From the NCBI RefSeq assembly GCF_006345805.1, contig NC_043009.1, positions 34,286,001 through 34,350,000 on the forward strand: 64,000 bases of DNA. Direction: 5' to 3'. This DNA is from Octopus sinensis. Lineage: Eukaryota. Each line of letters starts with the position of its first letter. The stretch's first letter is position 1. The notes below the pieces were generated by a model that saw only the letters and a program-made list of their open reading frames with translations, searched no databases and was not told where the DNA came from. The position numbers and the translations under genes are program-made. Below, one piece after another: positions 13,303 through 64,000 of this stretch.

Positions 13303-13673
13303 TTAACCCTGTAGCATTCAGATTATCTCACAGCTTTGAGGTTTTAATGATGTGACAGTTTACTTTTGAATGACATTCTTGAGTAGGTCGGAGAGGCTGG
13401 ATCTTGTCAGTTTGAACTTAAAACAGATAGAATTTTTGAGCCAGATATACCTGGTTTAACCCTTTAGTGTTCAGATTATTCTATCAAACATAATGCCTAT
13501 TGATTCCCATTTAATTGAATTAATCATGCATTATCTCATATCTTCAAGAGCTTGATGGTGTAATTACTTAATATAGAATAACATTGTAGGATAGGTGTGC
13601 GAGCCTAGATCTGATCAGTTTGAACATAAAACAGATTAACTATTTTGGCCGGTTTAAATACTAAAGGGTTTAA
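13303..13673 (+). mobile_element. Two tandem or nested copies of the TTAA MITE
   Basis: First starts TTAACCC at 13303; second starts at an internal TTAA at 13456 and ends ctaaagggtttaa. Confidence 0.78.
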
Positions 13674-13883
13674 TTGGATGTGTTGTTTAGATTATTTTAA
13701 ACTTGTATTAACATCTTGAAGTACCATCTCATGTTGATGATGTGCTAAGTTGAATTATCTAACTTACTTTTTTTTGTTTGAAATGTTTTATTTTTATGAA
13801 ATTCTTTCATTTCTATTAGCTATTTTCATAAATATTTAACATTTGTTTCTCTTTTCTTTTTCTTCCTACCAGAAACACCAAGT

Positions 13884-56091
<42,208 letters not shown>

Positions 56092-56210
56092 CATGTAGCA
56101 AAAGTATTTTCATTTCCATCCAGCCATCAACTTAAATGGAACTGAAATGGTACTTCAAAAATTGTAGCCACTTTCAGTTAAAAGAGCAATTCATTTGTGG
56201 TGTGAGTTAA

Positions 56211-56903
56211 AATAAAATTGATTGTATGTGTGCATGCATGTATGTATGTATGTATGTGTGTGTGTGTGCGTGTATGTATATATATATATATATGTATATG
56301 TATATATATATAAAATTCAACAAGAACAAGTCTTTTTCTAGATGGTCAACCCAATATTTCAAGTATATAAAAAAATTTTTTAAAAATTGCAAATTACAGT
56401 TAATCAACAGATTATTGTATGGGAAAACCAGGATGGGTTTTCTGTTGAAGCCTTCTGTTAGGCAGGTTTGGCGGGATTTCGTCATAATAGCAAAAAATTC
56501 TAAGTTCTTTACTATTTCTACAAGCCATTTAATTTAAAACATATATACCAATGGCTTATATTACATACATACACATATACACACACATGCAAATACATAT
56601 ATGCATACAAAGACACCCACACATATATGAACACACATGTGTGTGAATCTTTTTCACAAACTTATGAGTTTATTTTGAAAAAAATGTGTTATTAGAAAAA
56701 AATGAGGCTAATTGTATAATTTTTTTTTTTTTACTTAGAATTAGTGAAATAAAACTTACTTTCATTGTTTTAGAAACAGGCCAAAACTATTAAGGCTGTC
56801 TAGATTTCAATCCTGGCTGAACTGCAACACTTTTCTGTATTTTCATGTTTTATTTTTATTAATTTTCCTTTTCTTTTTTAATAATGGATGTGTGTTAAAT
56901 AAA
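56211..56903 (+). promoter_or_regulatory. Candidate CANX polyadenylation signals (AATAAA at 56211, 56748, 56898)
   Basis: Hexamers in AT-rich sequence after the stop; the site used cannot be determined. Confidence 0.4.
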
Positions 56904-57849
56904 AATTGAGTGAAAGAGAAGACACTTGTAGACACATTAACATGTATAAATACTCCATTAACCATAAAACCTTGGTGATTTTCAAGTTTTTTCCTCCCAT
57001 TCCCATCTGCATGTGTTCATAAATGTTTGAGTACATGTTAATTTAGAAATGTGTGTATGCATTATATATTGTTTGTATTTTTGCCGTACAAAGTGAAGGG
57101 TACTCTATATTGTTGAAATAACTAATAGACACATATTTTTAAGTTCACTGTCATCCATGAATTTTTCAGATGGCATGTTAATGAAGAAAGTGCTCTTCAT
57201 TGAAATGTCAAGGAAGTCCTGTTGATACAAAACTTTAAATAATGGCACAATAGATATTCAACTTAAATATATTTTCAAAAATGAATATAACATTGTTTTG
57301 CAAGATTTAATGGAAAAATACAAAATCTTCATTATAGCCATTGAAAAGTTTTTTTTAGAGTCATAGTAAAACCTTCTCTGAATAATAGTTAGCATTATTG
57401 AGTTGTGAATATTTTTAATCTGTTGGCACTAGTTTTGTTACTTGTGATTATTTTCCAAATAAACCAACATAAACTTGACACCAATGTTTGTTTAAAAGAT
57501 AAAGCCTGTGTGCATTCAACTTTTGAAAGACTTTTCGTGCTTGCTCTCCACTTTATTATAAACAGGTTCCATTACACCATACATTCATGGTTGGCAATCA
57601 TGCAAAGACATCTAAAAAGGATCTTTAAAAAAAAATCAACTTCAGCAAGAAAACCCAATGCAAACAAGCTGTTTTTCTAATTTTATTATTTATATTTTCT
57701 TCATATAATGTATGAGAAAATTTAATGGTTATAGTTGTTAATTTGTTATTGATATTGTTGTTATTAATAATAGATGCAGAAAGACTGTCCAGAATTTCAT
57801 TTTTTGTGTGTGTATATACATGTGTGTGTGTGCGTGCGTGTGTGTGTGT

Positions 57850-57893
<44 letters not shown>

Positions 57894-58294
57894 TAATATA
57901 TATATGTATACACACACGTACACACATTCATTCTTTCTATGAAATGTATTAAAATTCTTTCATCTGCTCTAAACAATGTATTTATTGTTTCTGATTTAGG
58001 CACGGAGCCAGTAATTTTCAGGGGAGGTGTTTAATCAATAACATCAACCCTAGTACTCCACCTCTGAGGAATGAAAGACAAAGTTGGCCTTGGTGGCTTC
58101 TGAGCTAAGAAAGTAAAGAACCAGAACAGTGCAAGACATTATTTTCTCAAACCTTCACCGATTCTGCCTCTATGCCACTTTTATAAATTCTGTTTAATAA
58201 GCAAACTATATACGACCCGCTACCACCACCACCAGTTTGAACCATCTGGGGTTGATGAAACCTTACTTTGCATCTAATAGTAGCAAACCACTGG

Positions 58295-58810
58295 TCTGCC
58301 CCTTTTATCCAGATGCCTTTTCTGCAGTTTCAGTGATTGAATTTATAGCTCTTCTCTCCAAGCCCTCTCAGAGCTTTGCAGAATGACCACCTATTATTGC
58401 CCACTTCTATTGCCTTGCAATATGCTTTCCAGCTCTGCACTACCAGCTCCTGATATTTGGCAAGCTTTATCCTTGTGTTCCTCCCAGAACGCAATTATTC
58501 CTGGACAGAGTGTTGGTATGATGTGGTCTGGGAGCTATAACTGTTCCACATGATCCACTCTCAGCTGCCAGTCTGGGGCTGTTGAAAGTAAGCATGATGG
58601 TTGTTGAAGTTTCAGTGAATTGGAATACTTTTTACCCCTGAGCAAAGTGATGGCCTCTTTCTTAGGATGGTATTTACTTGACTGAATGGCTATTGACATC
58701 ACCTCCAAATCAGCTTTGAACATCTGGTCATTTTGTCAGTGGTAATGGCTATCAACTAAGGCTCTGGTGCAAGCTGCTGAAAGGACAGGCTGTTGTTTCA
58801 CTACTGCCCT
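58295..58810 (-). mobile_element. HERO/NeSL-like non-LTR element, restriction-like endonuclease fragment
   Basis: LLSTAPDWQLRVDHVEQL*LPDHII...LAKYQELV..SWKAYCKAIEVG...SITETAEKAS. Confidence 0.7.
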
Positions 58811-59218
58811 ATGTATGAAAGTTGTTGGACTTGGTGTGTGTGTGTATATATATATATTTTTTTTTCTAGTTTCAGCTCAGAGCTGCGGCCATGCTGATGC
58901 ACCGCCGTTTAATATATAATTTAATAACAGTTTGATTCAGCTGTAGGCAATGTACAGTTTTATAGGTTCATTCATTGACCCTAACTTGTCAGGCACGGTG
59001 GTCTGAATGCAGAAGATTGTAGGTGACTTCTGTATGTTGTACTGCTATTGGTCAACATGAGTCATATGGTGTTACTAACGTAGTATTATTGAAATAGATG
59101 CAACAATTAGAAACTGAGTTCCTGGCCAATATGGTCGAGCAGAATGTTGGTGGTGATTGCCTGTCTAGGAAGTGGAAGCGTCTGCAAATCATTGGTATGA
59201 GCATCTGACATGTGTATG

Positions 59219-60486
59219 TACGAGGAGGTACCCATAAGTGACTGGAAACATTCTGTGTGGGACAAAGCCCATTGTAGTTCAGACTTCTGCCACTAGAAGC
59301 CAGATGCAACCCTCAGCATCAGTCTGCTGACTGGCATCATTGATTAGTCCAACTGCCATGTGCATTTTTGTTTTGCAGTATTTCTCCCCTGGTCATCAAT
59401 TTTTGCGATGGCTGAAATGAAGGAACAGCATGCTTTCATGAATTTGTTTTCTGCTAGGGAAAATGGTGGCCGAAACAGTTGTCATGCCTCAAACAGCTTA
59501 CAAAGATGCTATCATGAGCAAAATGCAAGTTTACGAGTGGTTTTCATGCTTTAGTCGTTCAGAGCGACTGTTGAGCTCCTGAACGAATGAAAACATCACG
59601 ATAATTCATGAACTGATCTTGGAAGATCATCGCTGAACAATTAATGAATTTGTTGATATGACTGGTGTATCCTGGAGCTCCTGCCACTGAATTTTGAGTG
59701 AAGAATTGCAAATCAAAAAAGGTGCAGTGAAATTTGTGCTTTGCTTATTCACAGAAGATCAAAGCAGTCATGACTGACTGTGTGTCATGAACTGAAAGAA
59801 CAGTTAGGAGTTGATCCAGACCCTCTGGTCATCACTGGTGATGAAAGCTGGTGCTATAGCTACAATCCGGAAACAAAGCAGCAATGAAGTCAATGGAAGC
59901 ATTCGATGTCAGCATGTCCCCAAAAAGCACATCAAGTGAAGTCCAATGTCAAGATGATGCTGATTTGTTTCATCGATGTGAAAGGAATTGTCCACACAGA
60001 ATTTATTCCTCCTGTTCAAACTGTTAATTAGACATTTTACTTGGCAGTTCTGAAGCATTTGCAAGACATCGTGAGACAAAAACGTCCTGACATGTGGCAA
60101 AGTGGAGAGCGGTGGTTTCATCATGACAATGTGCCTGTGCGCACCACCTTGAGTGTGAGACAGTTTTTGACCAAAAATTGCATGACTCTTCTCCATTCAC
60201 CTGATCTTGCTCCTTGTGATTTTATTTTGTTTCCCCAAATGAAAAAAGTCCTTAAAGGAAAATGTTTTGCAGATGTGGAAGAGTTTGAAGAAAAAAAAAA
60301 CGACGGAGGTGTTAAAAAACATCACTTCACAAGAGTTCCAGGACTACTTTGAACAATGGGAAACACATCCGGACCAACACATTGCTTCAGATGGAGAATA
60401 CTTTGAAGGCAGTAGAAGTGCATATGTGTAAAACAAAGTGAATAAAATATTGCAAAATTCCGATTTCTGTTGGATACCCTCTTGTA
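59219..60486 (+). mobile_element. Near full-length decayed mariner (DD34D-type) transposon
   Basis: TA-flanked imperfect TIRs (TACGAGGAGGTACCCA / TGGATACCCTCTTGTA); ITGDESWCYSYNPETKQQ, FHHDNVP, SPDLAPCDFILFP; multiple frameshifts; 30 residues between last two Asp after a small deletion. Confidence 0.9.
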
Positions 60487-60627
60487 TGTATGTGTTTGTG
60501 TGTGATATTTCTGGAGTGTACACATGAGACTGCATGTACTGATGTGTTATATTTGTTGCCATACATTGGTGAGAGCATTTTGGAGGGCCTAACCAGAATT
60601 ATGATGGTGTGTGTATGTAGATTCTTT

Positions 60628-60940
60628 TACTTGTTTCAGTCATTTGACTGGCCATGCTGGAGCACCACCTTTAATCGAACAAATCAACCCCAGTGGTCTC
60701 TTTTGCTTAACTGTTAAGTTACGGAGATGTAAACACATCAATGTTGGTTGTGAAGTGATAGTGGGTGGAGGACAAATACAGACACATATACAACAGGCTT
60801 CTTTCAGTTTCCATCTACCAAATCTATTCACAAGGCTTTGGTCAGCCTGAGGCTGTAGTAGAAGACACCTGCCCAAGGAGCCACACCATGGGGTTGAACC
60901 TGGAACCATGTGGTTGGGAAGCAAGCTTCTTATCATGTAG
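60628..60940 (-). mobile_element. tRNA-headed SINE
   Basis: Same family body and head. Confidence 0.8.
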
Positions 60941-60999
60941 CCCTTGTTTATAAGTTATATATATATATACACACATACAGAGAGAGTCCAAATAAATGG

Positions 61000-62690
61000 A
61001 TAAAAAAGAAAAATGACAAATGTGAAGACTTGCATAAGAAGTATATTAGCTTGGTGAAAGAAGATAATTTAATGTTTCGAGCATAGCTCTTTATCAGAAA
61101 GGAGAAATGGGAAAATCCAAAGGAGAAGAAATTGCCAACAGTTCATGTAGTTACACTGCAACTGAATGATCTGCTTGGGGAAGCTTGTTTATACAGGTAG
61201 GTGAGCTTAAGTACCTTACTCCTGTGTATGGTCTATCCAGATTATCAGATGCTTGAAGTTTACTTGTATAATGTATATATGGTGGCAACAATATGATAGC
61301 TCATTCTTTCTGTTGGTAGAAAATATGCGGTCTTTCATGGAGGCATAGTTGGCAATTGCAAGTTCTGTGTGAATAGGGCAGGGGCCTATCAGTAATGTTC
61401 CATTCAATGTTGAGGTGGTCGTTACAATGGTTGCAGAGTTTCCAGATGAAGCATAACAGGAAGTTAAGAATTTTCCCTATCCCTATATCTAAGGGAGTGC
61501 ATATGCTGTGTATACCTTCCCTTGAAGTTGTCTGTCATGCCCGTATCTTGTGTTACTGTCGGACAATGTGAGTGAATAGACCACAGCTCTTGAAGGGCAG
61601 GATCCTCCCAGAGGGTAATTATTAGGGTTCTGGTAGTTATAGGTTAGGGGACTATATGGGTGTGTTTGCATCTTTTGTGCCATGCAATGTTGTCAAAACA
61701 GTAGCTAACCTCAACATTGTAAAAGTTGAGGAGCATAGGAAATGTTTCTTAGTCAACAACAGGAAACTCCGAGCTATGTTGATGGAAATTTCAAAGTTAA
61801 AAGCAGGATTTAGCCATGTTTTATTTCTCTCTCTTGTTATCTTTGGATGCAGAGGTGGGGGAGACTTCTCTGTATTAACTTCTTGTTGAGTCCACTCCTC
61901 ACTGATTCTTTTTGTAATTAGGGGTAGCCTTGTTGAAGATCCCACTGTCTGCAGAAAATTTAGAAATTATTTTGCTATTTCCAGATAATAAGCTTCTAAT
62001 TACAGGGAGAGCTTTTACAGTTTCTTGTATGGGTAGTACTTATCAGTTACCAGGTAAGGGTTATGGCCAGAAGTCAGTCTTAGTCAAGTTGGTAGAAACT
62101 GTTATGGATAGACTGAATTCTTTGAAGATTTTTATGAGGTCCTTCCTGAACTTGTCCATAGCATGACTTTTCATATAGTTTGAGATTTCCAGGCTGGTGC
62201 ATGTGCTTCCTCAAGTTATCCAAGATAACTCAATGAGATCAGTGAATTTGGTGCCCTCATAGCTCTCCATGGGGACATTGAACTGGGAGTCACCTTTCTT
62301 AACCCTGTAAGAATGGTCATGAATCAAGACACTTTCTAGCATTTGTGATGATTCTGACATCAAGGTCACTGCTGTTGGTGAATTGCCTGCTAATACCTAA
62401 ATCCTTCAGAAGAAAGGATTTCAACAATACATGGTAGAAATAGACAATGTCAAACTGAATAAATCTGCTGGCTGCTTTATTCTCGATGCTGTGGAACCAG
62501 TTAAATACTGCAGCAGTACAATCCCATTGGATCAGCCCTATGGCCCTTCTAATATTGGAGTTGATAGCATCAGGAATATGCTAACTAACAATACCTGTCT
62601 TACTCTTACTGTCTTACTGCACTTGGGATTAGAGAGGTAACTGGGGTTATGATCCTTAAGCTTAAGAGGGTTCCCTATATTAAACAACGG
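61000..62690 (-). mobile_element. Decayed Penelope-like retroelement (RT + GIY-YIG region)
   Basis: LKDHNPSYLSNPKC, VKKGDSQFNVPMESYEG (cf. FDVTMGSYDG), NYPLGGSCPSRAVVY, IEWNITDRPLPYS..CNCQLCLHE, NRKNELSY. Confidence 0.8.
61074..61097 (-). ncRNA. Degenerate minimal hammerhead remnant at the 3' end of the Penelope-like element
   Basis: CTGATAA-A-GAGC-TAT-GCTC-GAAAC; core G8 mutated and no clear helix III or cleavage triplet. Confidence 0.45.
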
Positions 62691-62899
62691 TTAGCTCTTT
62701 TGCTTCAGTGTTTGTCAACATTTCTACCAGCTGAAGTACAGTGATCATTATCGTTAACACAAACTTGAGGGCCTGCATGTGAGTCTCCATAAATGTATCA
62801 TTCAATATAGTCCTCTGTTTCTGACAGTACTGAAGTCTACTTTTTTTCCCCCTCACATGCAGTTTGTCAATATATGCATATGAAAGAGAGAGAAAGATA

Positions 62900-63760
62900 A
62901 TGTAGACATATATGCACAAACATATGTAAATATTTAATAGCAATATGCATGACACTAACAGAAGCATGTATGACTACTGACATGTAGATGTTGAGATGAT
63001 AGGAGAGAAAGAACTCGTGATGAAGTTGAAGTGTGGAAAATGTAGTCTTGTCACACTCAAACTTGGTTTGTGGCAAACTGATATTACACATGAAACAGAT
63101 CAGGATGGTAATATGTACTGCATATCACCTATCAGATGCTTCAAATCAAGGGGGCACATTTGAAGAAAGATGAAATGGGTATTAACCAATCTAGATGATG
63201 GCCTTCTGAGACTTCAACCTCACTGACACTTTTCTCAGACTGTAACTTAGAACTAACAATGTATGATCTGTAGAAAACTAAGCATGTAGGCTATTGAAAG
63301 CTCTTGACTCCTTTCCAGCCATAAACTTTCATAAAGCTGATTGAAGAGGTTCTTAGTTCCTGGAATAAATCTGATCTACCAGTCTCTCTACACAGTATAT
63401 TGACATAAAGCTACAGCACTTTATTATAATTATTCAATGGCATATGCAGTAAATTTACTCTAGGAAGGATGTCAAACTGACAAACAATTCCCAGGAATAT
63501 GAAGATTCTAATGAGATGACGAGCAATAATCTGTTCCATGTAAATGAGCCACTAAAGGATAATGAAATAACCTATCTGAAAGACTGCTTCAGATTGAAAA
63601 TGAGCTCCAACACGCTCATGAAAAACAGAGGGCAAAGAAGGAAGACAGGGCTGTAAAAAATGTAACGACAAACTTGAAAGCCTTCTACAGATTTGCAAAA
63701 GAGTCTGCTTCAGTACAGTAACAAGATAGGTCCACTGTTTGGAGAAAATGGCTCACTGGC
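62900..63760 (+). mobile_element. Decayed CR1/L2-like LINE ORF2 (endonuclease and linker) fragment
   Basis: F*DFNL (cf. GDFNL), NFHKAD, TNLKAFYRFAK. Confidence 0.5.
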
Positions 63761-64000
63761 TCCAAATACTCAGGATAATTGTGTGTATATATATTAAAAT
63801 TTATTGGCAATATTTATCAGCAGTTAATTTTTCATTGCATTATAAATGCATGTTCTTTTAACAAATACCTGTATTTTTACATTTTGCACTGTTGATGTTC
63901 AAGTTTCCTTCATGTTGCATGTTTTGCAAGCATTCTTTACACATATGCATGCCACAGTATACTCATGTATATACACTATAGGAATATATGATACAACGAT

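Overview
AT-rich, repeat-dense eukaryotic DNA. The SINE/LINE families and (TA)n/(TG)n microsatellite load suggest an octopod cephalopod (inference). One host gene is supported: calnexin (CANX) on the + strand, 21 coding exons from ATG 13884 to TAA 56091. All introns are GT-AG and reading phase is consistent throughout, giving a 640 aa protein with signal peptide, lectin domain, P-domain, TM helix and acidic tail ending TPRRRRSRKD. Top observation: the transmembrane exon is duplicated. Exon 18a (50843-50971) carries the canonical juxtamembrane Cys-Cys palmitoylation motif; exon 18b (51311-51457) is a diverged, in-frame, cysteine-free paralogue. This predicts mutually exclusive TM isoforms, or a two-TM form with the tail flipped into the lumen. 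About 0.8 kb upstream is a near-perfect 436-bp fold-back (49611-50046) whose arms each contain a type I hammerhead-ribozyme-like motif, masked by the opposite arm. The rest is transposon-derived: tRNA-headed SINEs, RTE LINE fragments with tandem-expanded 3' UTRs, TTAA-flanked MITEs, mariner, DD37D-like Tc1, pogo, gypsy, HERO, Penelope-like and CR1/L2-like remnants. Exon and hairpin coordinates were counted by hand; repeat boundaries are approximate and no database searches were run.
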